From Parachlamydiales bacterium (lineage in GTDB: Bacteria > Chlamydiota > Chlamydiia > Chlamydiales > JAJFMK01), in the NCBI GenBank assembly GCA_963765145.1, contig CAVXVG010000036.1:5463-69462 (forward strand): DNA of 64,000 bases, in the 5' to 3' direction. Below the pieces are notes generated by a model. That model made no database searches. It worked only from the letters and a program-made list of their open reading frames with translations, and had not been told where the DNA came from. The first letter of the stretch is position 1, and each line of letters starts with the position of its first letter. The translations under genes were made by a program, and so were the position numbers. Of the stretch, positions 55,320 to 64,000 are shown piece after piece.

Positions 55320-56624
55320 ATGAAAACGCTCGATCGCCCTTTGTCTGAAGAATTCTACTTGTCTCTCTGCGAGAAAATACCGGGAGGGGTGAACTCGCCC
55401 ATCCGTTCATTCCAGAAAATGGAACAATTGCCCATCGTGGTCGAAAAAGGGGAAGGGGCCGTCATCACCGACATCGATGGACACTCCTATATTGACTATG
55501 TAGGTTCTTGGGGCCCTCTTCTTCACGGTCACGCCCATCCCGTCATCCTCGATCGGGTCAAAAAACGGATGGAAAAAGGAACCTCCTTTGGGATGACTTC
55601 GGTTATAGAAAAAGAAATCGCCGACAAAATCACATCACTTGTCCCCTCCATCGAAAAACTCCGCTTTGTTTCCTCCGGCACTGAAGCCACGATGACTGCA
55701 CTCCGGATGGCCAGAGGCTTCACAGGTAAAGAGGTCATTTTAAAGTTTGCCGGCCACTACCACGGGCATGTCGACGCACTGATGTTACAGGCAGGTTCAG
55801 GCCTTACCGGTTTAACCCCCACAAGCAGCTCTAGCGGTATTCCTCAAGAAGTTTTAGAAAAGACGGTCATTTTACCTTTCAACGATTTCAAAGCGGTCGA
55901 GCTGGCCTTTAATCACCCTCAATTAAAAGGGAAAATTGCTGCCATTATCTTAGAACCCATTGCTGCCAATATGGGGGTTGTTCTTCCCGTTCCAGGCTTT
56001 TTAGCCCACCTGCGCAGGCTTTGTGACGAAGAAAATGCACTGTTGATTTTTGATGAGGTGATCACAGGTTTCCGTATCGGCGGATTGCAGTGCGCTCAAG
56101 GTCTTTTTGGAATCACGCCAGATCTGACCTGTTTTGGAAAAATCATCGGAGGGGGCTTTCCTGCAGCTGCTGTAGGAGGCCGCAAAGAAATTCTCGATAC
56201 TCTCGCACCGATTGGCTCTGTCTACCAAGCCGGCACCCTTTCAGGAAATCCGGTGGCCCTTGAAGCGGGACTTGCTACGTTGGAACTAGCCGAACGGCCA
56301 GGTTTTTACCAAGAACTTGAAGAAAAGACCTTATTTTTAACCCAGCCGATCGAAGAGACCATCCGTCAACGCAATTTAAACGCTTGCCTTGTTCAGATCG
56401 GCTCTCTGTTTACCATTTTCTTTGGCAAAAGAAGGGTATCTAACTTCCAAGATGTGAAAGAGCTTGATCTAGCCATATTCACGAGGTTTTTCCAAACACT
56501 ATTCAACGCAGGGATTTTAGCACCTCCTCTACACTGTGAAGCTTGGTTTGTTTCAAGTGCACATGATGAGAAACAGTTGGCTTATACTCGCGATCAGGTT
56601 ATTGAGTTCTTAAAGAGCCTATGA
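55320..56624 (+). CDS. hemL: Glutamate-1-semialdehyde 2,1-aminomutase
   Basis: PGGVNSPIR, SSGTEAT, FDEVITGFR, GKIIGGG and YQAGTLSGNP. Confidence 0.96.
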   Translation: MKTLDRPLSEEFYLSLCEKIPGGVNSPIRSFQKMEQLPIVVEKGEGAVITDIDGHSYIDYVGSWGPLLHGHAHPVILDRVKKRMEKGTSFGMTSVIEKEIADKITSLVPSIEKLRFVSSGTEATMTALRMARGFTGKEVILKFAGHYHGHVDALMLQAGSGLTGLTPTSSSSGIPQEVLEKTVILPFNDFKAVELAFNHPQLKGKIAAIILEPIAANMGVVLPVPGFLAHLRRLCDEENALLIFDEVITGFRIGGLQCAQGLFGITPDLTCFGKIIGGGFPAAAVGGRKEILDTLAPIGSVYQAGTLSGNPVALEAGLATLELAERPGFYQELEEKTLFLTQPIEETIRQRNLNACLVQIGSLFTIFFGKRRVSNFQDVKELDLAIFTRFFQTLFNAGILAPPLHCEAWFVSSAHDEKQLAYTRDQVIEFLKSL

Positions 56625-58162
56625 TTTCACTTTTACTGTCGATTTTTCTAGCCCTCAACTATGAGGCAGCCCCCCATCTTGAAGAGATGCTTCAAGAACA
56701 TATCCACATCCACCCAGATGGAGAAAATCAGATTGGCTACATGGAGATCGACGGCAAGTCAGACTCTATCAACAACTCCACTTGGCTCTACGTCAACCAA
56801 GCTGTAGAACAATTCAAAAAAACAAAGCCTGCTTTTGTCATTTTTAAAATCAATACGCCTGGCGGAGAAACATTAGCCGCCATGCAAATTTGCGATGCTT
56901 TGAAAGAGCTAGACACCCAATTTGGCATTCCTGTTGTTGCCTACATCGACAATTGGGCTATGTCGGCAGGGGCATTGATTAGCTATGCCTGCAGGTTCAT
57001 CACTGTCGTACAAGATGGGGCGATGGGTGCCGCAGAGCCGGTATTAGCTTCTCAAACAGGAGAAATGACCGCGGCTTCTGAAAAAATCAACTCGGCCTTC
57101 CGGATCACCTTTGCAAACCAAGCTGCCTACTTTGGGCGCAATCCCTACATTGCAGAGGCAATGGTCGATAAAGATATTCTCCTAGTCAAACGGGGAAACG
57201 AATTTCTAAAACTCAATAGCAACGAAGAAATTTTGCCAACCGACATTGTCATTTCGCCAAAAGGGAAATTGCTTACGCTAACTGCCAAAGAGATGATGGA
57301 ATATGGAGTGGCCGACCTTTACTTTACCGCTGCTAAATTGCCCTTGTTGACGCTTGAAGAAAAAAGTACCGGTGTATGGCCTTTGAACAAAACATCGTTT
57401 GCGGCCTATCCCTTTTTTGCAAATATGAAAGAGGCAAAAGTCCATGCCTATCAGATGGACATTCGAACACGATTTTTTGCCCTATTGATGACACCCGTTG
57501 TGGCCTCCATTTTAATGCTTGGCTTTATGTTGGGGCTCTATCTTGAATTTACAACGCCCGGAGCAACACTTCCCGGAGCTATTGCCATCATTTGCCTGTT
57601 TTTGCTTGGCGTTTCTAGTTTTGCTTTCCAAATAGGTTCTTGGCTTGAAATTGTCCTCCTTTTAGGAGGCATTGCCATCTTATTGATCGATCTCTTCTTT
57701 TTTCCGACGTTTGGCATTTTGGGAAGTTTTGGTGTCATTTTGATGGTGGCAGGGCTGCTTGGCCTTGTTGTGCCAGGGCTTGAAAAAGTCACCTTTGACC
57801 CGATCAGCTGGCAAATTGGAGGGGGAGATGTGATCATGCGACTTGCTTGGTTCCTCTGCACCCTGTTAGTTGGCTTGCTTGGTTTGATTGCCTTAGCTTT
57901 TTGGTTCCCCGGCAAATACAATCCACTGCAAAAATTTGTCCTACACGATGCCCAGGAAGGTTATACTGCAGGTGGCACCACATTTGATCATCTGCAAGGA
58001 AAGTCAGGGGTGACACTCACTCCCCTTCGCCCGTCTGGTACAATCGAAATTGATGGAACCCCTTTTGATGCCCAAAGTGCCGGCGATTTTATTGCAGTCG
58101 GAACAAAAGTGGTCGTTGAAAGAATTGAAGGGGCTCGCCTCTTTGTGAGGACTGAGTCATGA
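56621..58162 (+). CDS. NfeD-family protein, long form with ClpP-like domain
   Basis: INTPGG, AMSAGALI, MGAAEP, TM region and C-terminal TPLRPSG OB fold. Confidence 0.9.
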   Translation: MISLLLSIFLALNYEAAPHLEEMLQEHIHIHPDGENQIGYMEIDGKSDSINNSTWLYVNQAVEQFKKTKPAFVIFKINTPGGETLAAMQICDALKELDTQFGIPVVAYIDNWAMSAGALISYACRFITVVQDGAMGAAEPVLASQTGEMTAASEKINSAFRITFANQAAYFGRNPYIAEAMVDKDILLVKRGNEFLKLNSNEEILPTDIVISPKGKLLTLTAKEMMEYGVADLYFTAAKLPLLTLEEKSTGVWPLNKTSFAAYPFFANMKEAKVHAYQMDIRTRFFALLMTPVVASILMLGFMLGLYLEFTTPGATLPGAIAIICLFLLGVSSFAFQIGSWLEIVLLLGGIAILLIDLFFFPTFGILGSFGVILMVAGLLGLVVPGLEKVTFDPISWQIGGGDVIMRLAWFLCTLLVGLLGLIALAFWFPGKYNPLQKFVLHDAQEGYTAGGTTFDHLQGKSGVTLTPLRPSGTIEIDGTPFDAQSAGDFIAVGTKVVVERIEGARLFVRTES

Positions 58163-58641
58163 CTCTTCCTTATCTACTTTTAGGTTTTGCTCTGCTGTTA
58201 CTGTTTTTGGAATTTTTTGTTCCGAGCGGAGCCTTTGCTATTTCCGGAGCTCTTCTCCTGGTCTTTAGCTTCTTTGCTTATGGGGCCGAGGCAACACCGG
58301 TTGAATTGCTCTTTTTCACTCTCGGAGCCATCCTCTGCATTGTTTTTGTTGTTCGATTGGCACTCCGCTTGATACGCAAAACGGGCAAAGAAAACACTTT
58401 GATGTTGGATAAAACCCAAGAAGGGTACTATGCCTCTCAACTGGACCCCACATTGATTGGCAAAACAGGGGTGACCCTGTCTGATTTTCGCCCTACCGGA
58501 AAGGTGAAGGTAGAAAATCAAATCATACAGGCAAGCAGCGATCAAGGCTTTCTTCCAGAAGGAACAGAGGTCACAATCGTTGGGGGCTCCGGAACACATT
58601 ACATTGTAAGGAAAATAGACTTCTTGCGTGATTCGCTTTGA
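58159..58641 (+). CDS. NfeD-family protein, short form
   Basis: LEFFVP, LIGKTGVTLSDFRPTG. Confidence 0.88.
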   Translation: MTLPYLLLGFALLLLFLEFFVPSGAFAISGALLLVFSFFAYGAEATPVELLFFTLGAILCIVFVVRLALRLIRKTGKENTLMLDKTQEGYYASQLDPTLIGKTGVTLSDFRPTGKVKVENQIIQASSDQGFLPEGTEVTIVGGSGTHYIVRKIDFLRDSL

Positions 58642-58779
58642 TCAGAAAAATGAGCTGTTTTTGCGCAGGTTTTGCAATAAATTTTGAGAGCATATGCCTA
58701 CATATGGTCGAAAAATTTATTGCAAAAGATGCCAAAAAGAGCCATTTTAATGGTCAAATGGAATTACGCAGGAAGTCAA
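58616..58779. mobile_element. RPE1-like miniature palindromic element (164 bp)
   Basis: Termini TAGACTTCTTGCGTGATTC...GAATTACGCAGGAAGTCAA with an internal hairpin. Confidence 0.72.
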
Positions 58780-58782
58780 TAC

Positions 58783-59784
58783 ATGGGCGCTGAACTTTAT
58801 CTCTTAATCATCGTAGGGGGCATCATTGCCCTGCTGCTAATTAGCATCATTGGCAAATTCATCAGCCTATGGTTCCAAGCTTTTGTTTCCGGTACGCCGA
58901 TTCCCTTTTTCAACATCATTGGGATGAGCCTACGAAAAATTCCCCCTCGTGTCATTGTCACAGCGCGGATCAATTCGTTTAAAGCGGGCTTAAAACAGAT
59001 CAGCGTCGCAGACCTAGAGACCCACTATTTGGCTGGCGGTAACGTGATTGCCGTGGTAGAGGCGATGATTGCAGCTGACAAAGCGAATATCCCTCTCGAC
59101 TGGAAAAGGGCCACTGCGATTGACTTGGCAGGACGTGATTTGAGAGAAGCGGTGAAAACATCGGTCAACCCAAAAGTGATCGATTGCCCTCCTCAACATG
59201 GTACAGGCAAAGGGTCGTACATGGCAGGTGTTGCCAAAGATGGAATCCAGCTGCTTTGCCGCGCCCGTGTGACCGTCCGCACTAACATTGTTCAATTGGT
59301 CGGTGGTGCGACTGAAGAGACCATCATCGCTCGCGTTGGTGAAGGGATTGTAGGGGCCATTGGGGGTGCCGACACCTATTTAGAGGTGCTTGAATCACCC
59401 CAAAAGATTTCTAAAGAGTGTTTGAAAAAGGGGCTTGATTCCCAAACTGCTTTTGAAATTTTGTCGATCGACATCGTTGAAATCGATGTGGGCGAAAACA
59501 TCGGAGCGACACTTCGAATCAAAAAGGCTCAAGCCGACATGGAAATTGCCCGTGCCGAAGCCGAAAAGCGACGTGCCATGGCTGTTGCTGCAGAACAAGA
59601 GTTCATCGCTTCGGTCAAAGAGATGGAAGCGAAAGTCATGGAAAACCAGGCCCAAGTGCCTCTAGCTATGGCTGAAGCTTTAAAACAGGGTCGCATTGGC
59701 TATTATGACAACCTAAAGTTCCAAAACTTGCAGTCAGACACTGAAATGCGTTCATCTTTAGGAAAAGAAGAGCCAAGGAAATAA
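58783..59784 (+). CDS. floA: Flotillin-like protein FloA (YqfA)
   Basis: [38 protein letters not shown] and [10 protein letters not shown]. Start reassigned to ATG 58783. Confidence 0.92.
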   Translation: MGAELYLLIIVGGIIALLLISIIGKFISLWFQAFVSGTPIPFFNIIGMSLRKIPPRVIVTARINSFKAGLKQISVADLETHYLAGGNVIAVVEAMIAADKANIPLDWKRATAIDLAGRDLREAVKTSVNPKVIDCPPQHGTGKGSYMAGVAKDGIQLLCRARVTVRTNIVQLVGGATEETIIARVGEGIVGAIGGADTYLEVLESPQKISKECLKKGLDSQTAFEILSIDIVEIDVGENIGATLRIKKAQADMEIARAEAEKRRAMAVAAEQEFIASVKEMEAKVMENQAQVPLAMAEALKQGRIGYYDNLKFQNLQSDTEMRSSLGKEEPRK

Positions 59785-59789
59785 ACTCT

Positions 59790-60188
59790 ATGACCTTCAT
59801 CGAATGGATCGGCTTTGTCGCTAGTTTATTTGGGGTTATTTATTTATTTACTAAAGATGCTTGGGCAAAAAAGGAACGGGAAAGAGACCCTGTCAAATAT
59901 GCCGAAAAAGAGCGGCGGATAAGGGAAGTTCTTCGGCAGATGGGGGTTGAACCCGACGAAGAAGAACAGCCTGAAGAACAAGACGAGGATGAAGAGGAGG
60001 AAGAAGAAGTGGTAACCAAACAAAACATATTGCCTCCTCCTCCCCCGGTAAAAATCCATATTACGGCTCCGCCAACCCAAATCCTTTCTCGACCATCTCG
60101 TGTTGCTAACATGATCAAACAGCTGCCCGATGAGCGCGCCATCCTTGTCGCCCACATCCTCTTCGGCCCCCCCAAAAGCCTGGAATAA
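59790..60188 (+). CDS. Membrane-anchored acidic protein, last gene of the nfeD-floA operon
   Basis: N-terminal TM segment, acidic/Pro tract and C-terminal ILFGPPKSL. Confidence 0.75.
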   Translation: MTFIEWIGFVASLFGVIYLFTKDAWAKKERERDPVKYAEKERRIREVLRQMGVEPDEEEQPEEQDEDEEEEEEVVTKQNILPPPPPVKIHITAPPTQILSRPSRVANMIKQLPDERAILVAHILFGPPKSLE

Positions 60189-60288
60189 GAAAAAGAGGCC
60201 AGACCTTTTTATCCTTTAACTTTAATTAATAGTTATATGAATAGTTATATGCTATAATCATTTTCATAATTTATAGGAGAATTATAAA

Positions 60289-61062
60289 ATGTCAGCAATC
60301 AACGGCAATGGGGGAGTATCCCTCAATCACATGACTTCTTTACCCATTAAGGGATTCAATCAACTTACACAACTTAGCAAAAAAATGTGGAATGGAATAG
60401 CCTCAGCCGGAATAACCCCCACACAAGTGGAACTCATTGCGGAACTCATTGCTGGCGCTGCCTTAACATTCATCCTCCTTAAGGCTATTCAAAAACTATC
60501 TCAAGCTAATTTATTTCCCTCTAAAAGCACGACTCCTCTCCAGAAACAAATGATAATGCCAAATCCACTCTGGGAAGCACCTAAAAATAAAGTCACTGAT
60601 TTAAAAGAGTTAATGGCTTGCTTTTCTGCTTACACAAGGGATCTAGGTGGATCGTTTTCTATATTGCGCGGCTCAATATTTAAAGATGACACCGACAACA
60701 AAATAAAAATAAAAATAACCGATTACAATGTACAATTTCAATTTCCAAATGAAGTATTACGCAATCTTTTTTTAGCACGGCTTGATCAATCCCTTGCGAC
60801 TAAAGATTGGAAAAAGACAGCAGGACAAATGAAAACCGATGCAACTGAAAATGTAGAGCAAAAAACGTCTACAAGAACATATACATTGACTCCTCACCAG
60901 GCATATGCAATGGCAAATTTAACGCCTCTGAAAGATGAAATGAAACATTATGAAGGCTGGATAAAAAATTGGTACTTTAGCCGGGCAAACTCAGACATTG
61001 CTATGAGCGGGTCATCAGCCAACTACATCGTTCAAGAAGTTGTGCACGAGTCTAAACGCTAA
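60289..61062 (+). CDS. Variable membrane-anchored protein, paralog 1
   Basis: AGGAG RBS and one TM segment; N-terminus nearly identical to 61462-62097. Confidence 0.8.
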   Translation: MSAINGNGGVSLNHMTSLPIKGFNQLTQLSKKMWNGIASAGITPTQVELIAELIAGAALTFILLKAIQKLSQANLFPSKSTTPLQKQMIMPNPLWEAPKNKVTDLKELMACFSAYTRDLGGSFSILRGSIFKDDTDNKIKIKITDYNVQFQFPNEVLRNLFLARLDQSLATKDWKKTAGQMKTDATENVEQKTSTRTYTLTPHQAYAMANLTPLKDEMKHYEGWIKNWYFSRANSDIAMSGSSANYIVQEVVHESKR

Positions 61063-61085
61063 AACACTATTACTACTAAAACAAG

Positions 61086-61153
61086 AAAAGGGGCCGGGCC
61101 TCGAGATCCTGCGATTACTTTTAATCGCAGGATCTCGAGGCCCGGCCCCTTTT
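61086..61153. terminator. Perfect 32-bp stem-loop, terminator-like
   Basis: AAAAGGGGCCGGGCCTCGAGATCCTGCGATTA-CTTT-exact reverse complement. Confidence 0.75.
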
Positions 61154-61165
61154 TGCCGGTGCTGT

Positions 61166-61373
61166 TATTTTTTATGGGAAATAGGCATCGTTTGGAGGTG
61201 TGAGCGCAAAAGAACGATACCTCGATATAGAAGAGAAAATCCATATTACGGCTCCGCCAACCCAAATCCTTTCTCGACCATCTCGTGTTGCTAACATGAT
61301 CAAACAGCTGCCCGATGAGCGCGCCATCCTTGTCGCCCACATCCTCTTCGGCCCCCCCAAAAGCCTTGAATAA
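61166..61373 (+). repeat. Duplication junction: copy of yggS 5' end fused to copy of the 3' end of 59790-60188
   Basis: 61236-61366 is identical to 60051-60181 (131 bp); 61166-61242 resembles 62146-62222. Confidence 0.93.
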
Positions 61374-61461
61374 TTAAAAAGGCCGCACATTTTTTACCCT
61401 TTAAATTTAATTAATGATTATATGCTAAAATAGTTTTAATAATTTATAGGAGAATTATAAA

Positions 61462-62097
61462 ATGTCAGTAATCAACGGCAATGGGGGAGTATCCCTCAAT
61501 CACATGACTTCTTTACCCATTAAGGGATTCAACCAACTTGCACAACTTAGCAAAAAAATGTGGAATGGAATGGCCTCAGCCGGAATAACCCCCACACAAG
61601 CAAAACTCATAGCCGGCGCTGCCTTAGCACTCATTCTCTTTAAGGCTATTCAAAAGCTATCTCAAGCAAATTTATCCCCCCCTAAACCAAAACCTACAAA
61701 TCCAAGTTCTTGGAAAGTTCCCACTCAAAAAGTTAGGACTGCACAAGAGCTAAAAGATCGCTTTGGCGAGTACACACAAGGTATCGAAGGTGCTACCTTT
61801 AAGATAGTAAAAAGTCCCAAAGGTAACTTGCAGGTAATGTTTTGTTTCGAAACCGAAGAATCTCGTCAGCAATTGATAGACCGAGTAGATACATGGTCTT
61901 CAAACCAAGAAATTATACGGCAGTTTAGTCAATCCAAATATACAATGAACGAGTATGCATGGCAAAAAGGCCTTGCAGAGGGTAAGTTCACCTTTATTCT
62001 AAATGGAGCCGAAACTCAACATATGGCTAACATACCTTTTGAGCAAGACGCTTTGATGAAAGGATTGATGGAAAATTTATTCCATAGTTCAAACTAA
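61462..62097 (+). CDS. Variable membrane-anchored protein, paralog 2
   Basis: Same RBS and N-terminus as paralog 1, with a diverged C-terminal domain. Confidence 0.8.
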   Translation: MSVINGNGGVSLNHMTSLPIKGFNQLAQLSKKMWNGMASAGITPTQAKLIAGAALALILFKAIQKLSQANLSPPKPKPTNPSSWKVPTQKVRTAQELKDRFGEYTQGIEGATFKIVKSPKGNLQVMFCFETEESRQQLIDRVDTWSSNQEIIRQFSQSKYTMNEYAWQKGLAEGKFTFILNGAETQHMANIPFEQDALMKGLMENLFHSSN

Positions 62098-62111
62098 CCA
62101 TTCTTCGTTCG

Positions 62112-62146
62112 AAAAGAAAAAGAGGCCAAGCCTCTTTTTCTTTTTC
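62112..62146 (+). terminator. Intrinsic terminator
   Basis: AAAAGAAAAAGAGGC-CAA-GCCTCTTTTTCTTTTT. Confidence 0.7.
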
Positions 62147-62178
62147 TATTTTTATAGAAAATAGGCATCGTTTGGAGT

Positions 62179-62850
62179 GTGAGCGCAAAAGAACGATACC
62201 TCGATATTGAAGAAAAGATCCTGGAATTCAGGATGAACCATGTCCCCTACCCAATCACAACTGTGGTTGTCTCTAAAGGGGTTTCTGTTGAAAAAATATT
62301 AGAAGTATACAGCACCGGCTGCCGCGACTTTGGCGAAAGTTCCCTTTCAGAATGGGCTGAAAAAAAGGAAATGCTGCCAAAGGATATCCGCTGGCACATG
62401 ATTGGCCCCTTACAAACCAAAAAAGTGCCCAAACTCATCGGCAATTTTACCTTGATCCATTCTGTCGATTCTTTTGAATTGTTAAAAACCATCCATGAAA
62501 AAAGCACTCAGGCAGGTGTGATCACCTCTGTCCTCCTCGAAAGCAACACATCGGGGGAGGAGACAAAAAAAGGGTTAACCCCTTATGAGTGGGAACAAGT
62601 TTGGAACGATTGCGGAACACTCACTTCGGTTGAAATTTTGGGACTGATGACAATGGCCCCTTTAACAGAAGATAGGCCCCTCATTCGAGACTGCTTTAAA
62701 AATTTGCGTTTACTACGCGACCGGTTGTTGCAAAGGGCGTTTACCAACACCCCGCTCTACCACCTTTCGATGGGGATGTCGAACGATTGGCCGATTGCCA
62801 TCGATGAAGGTGCAACCTTGGTTCGCATAGGAACTGCAATTTTTAAATAA
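62179..62850 (+). CDS. yggS: PLP homeostasis protein YggS
   Basis: VVVSK, FGE, WHMIGPLQTKK, IHSVDS, GLMTM, LSMGMSND and VRIGTAIF. Confidence 0.95.
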   Translation: MSAKERYLDIEEKILEFRMNHVPYPITTVVVSKGVSVEKILEVYSTGCRDFGESSLSEWAEKKEMLPKDIRWHMIGPLQTKKVPKLIGNFTLIHSVDSFELLKTIHEKSTQAGVITSVLLESNTSGEETKKGLTPYEWEQVWNDCGTLTSVEILGLMTMAPLTEDRPLIRDCFKNLRLLRDRLLQRAFTNTPLYHLSMGMSNDWPIAIDEGATLVRIGTAIFK

Positions 62851-62886
62851 AAACTTAAACTTGAAATATGTTAAAATGAAGGCATT

Positions 62887-64000
62887 ATGACAACTTCTCA
62901 TCAAGCGTGCTGCGCACCACCTATTAAAAACCGTTCGCTTTGGCTTTTCGTCGCTATTGCTTTGGGTATTTGTGCCGGCTTGTGGGGAGAACCGATTGTC
63001 ATTAGCATTGCTAATTTCATTGCAGAGCTGTTTATCCGGTTTTTGAAACTATTAAGCTTGCCAATCATTTTTTTATCGATTGTCTCAACAGCCTCGGGCA
63101 TGGACAGCCTTGAATCTGCTAAACACATTGGCTCAAGGGTAGTTAGATACACTATTTTAACCACGCTGCTTGCGGCAACTGTGGCAATGGCCCTTTTTCT
63201 TTTGATACAACCTGCCGCTATCCCTGAAACAAGCGATATCGCCCCAACAACTGCCGGCTTGCAATACACCGATTATCTTATCAAAATGGTTCCTAGCAAT
63301 TTGATTGAGCCGTTTCTAGAAAATCAGGTCATTGGCGTCCTTATTTTAGCCGTGTTGTTAAGCCTGGCCCTCCTTTCTATACCGGGCGAACAACGGAAAA
63401 AGCTGCATGATGTTTTCCATGCCTTGTATGCAGCAGTGATGCACCTTTGCACCGCACTGATCCGCCTCATCCCCTTTGCCATTTTTGGTTTTATCACCCT
63501 TTTCGTTGTCGATTTAAAGAAAGGGATGGAAATCGAACGGCTTGGGCTTTACCTGCTCTGCGTCGTATTGGCCAATGTGATCCAAGCTTTTGTGGTGCTG
63601 CCCCTGTTCTTAAAATGGCGTGGAGTCAGCCCGGTCAAATTGTTTAAAGCGATGCTGCCTGCTTTGACCATGGCCTTTTTTACCAAGTCTTCCAGTGCAG
63701 CCCTGCCTGTTGCCTTAAGATGTGCAGAAGGAGAAGCAAAAATTTCGCCTAAAGTGGCCAATTTTTCTTTACCACTTTGCACCACCATCAACATGAATGG
63801 GTGCGCCGCCTTCATTTTTACTACGGTCATTTTTGTTGCCATGAGCCACGGCATGTCTTTCTCTTATGGGGAAATGTTGATCTGGATCGTCTTGGCCACC
63901 ATTGCCGCTATCGGAAACGCCGGCGTCCCGATGGGTTGCTTCTTCTTAACATCGGCCCTTTTGGCTGCCATGAATGTGCCGCTTACTTTGATGGGAGTCA
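62887..64000 (+). CDS. Dicarboxylate/amino acid:cation symporter (DAACS family), 3' partial; absent from the ORF track
   Basis: Translated from ATG 62887: LFIRFLKLLSLPIIFLSI, AFFTKSSSAALP, PLCTTINMNG and AIGNAGVP; runs off the window end. Confidence 0.92.
   Translation, partial: MTTSHQACCAPPIKNRSLWLFVAIALGICAGLWGEPIVISIANFIAELFIRFLKLLSLPIIFLSIVSTASGMDSLESAKHIGSRVVRYTILTTLLAATVAMALFLLIQPAAIPETSDIAPTTAGLQYTDYLIKMVPSNLIEPFLENQVIGVLILAVLLSLALLSIPGEQRKKLHDVFHALYAAVMHLCTALIRLIPFAIFGFITLFVVDLKKGMEIERLGLYLLCVVLANVIQAFVVLPLFLKWRGVSPVKLFKAMLPALTMAFFTKSSSAALPVALRCAEGEAKISPKVANFSLPLCTTINMNGCAAFIFTTVIFVAMSHGMSFSYGEMLIWIVLATIAAIGNAGVPMGCFFLTSALLAAMNVPLTLMGV

Noticed and set aside
58684-58782. N-terminal extension of FloA in the ORF track
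   Set aside because: It derives from the RPE-like element; FloA similarity begins at ATG 58783.
61059-61390. Minus-strand ORFs repeated at 59840-60175 and 61059-61390
   Set aside because: Antisense shadows of the duplicated segment.

Overview
Chromosomal segment of an environmental Chlamydiota bacterium. The phylum call is inferred from gene order (prmC-ffh-rpsP-trmD-rplS-rnhB; truA-marC-marC), the DapL pathway, PLD-family and DUF2608 genes, and a SycD-type chaperone. Housekeeping blocks cover translation, dnaG, uvrC, rlmN, recD2, dapB-dapA-dapL, tamAB, hemL, nfeD-nfeD-floA, yggS and a DAACS transporter. They alternate with orphan, probably host-directed genes: a Sel1/TPR pair, an Inc-like coiled-coil/lipase, a Ser/Thr kinase and large helical proteins. 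One tRNA-Val(GAC) is present. I found no rRNA, CRISPR array, prophage, integrase or transposase. Four things stand out. (1) At two separate loci a variable paralog is stacked in tandem together with a copy of the neighbouring gene end. The remnant copies differ mainly at synonymous sites, which suggests allele-cassette stacking by recombination. (2) A heavily eroded, apparently catalytically dead ThrRS homolog sits in the ancestral thrS slot between tRNA-Val and infC. (3) At least six families of intergenic palindromic elements occur, often nested inside each other, several supplying stop codons or ribosome-binding sites to host genes. (4) Several apparent single-base homopolymer indels split genes and could be assembly errors. 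All calls come from reading the sequence by eye; no searches were run.
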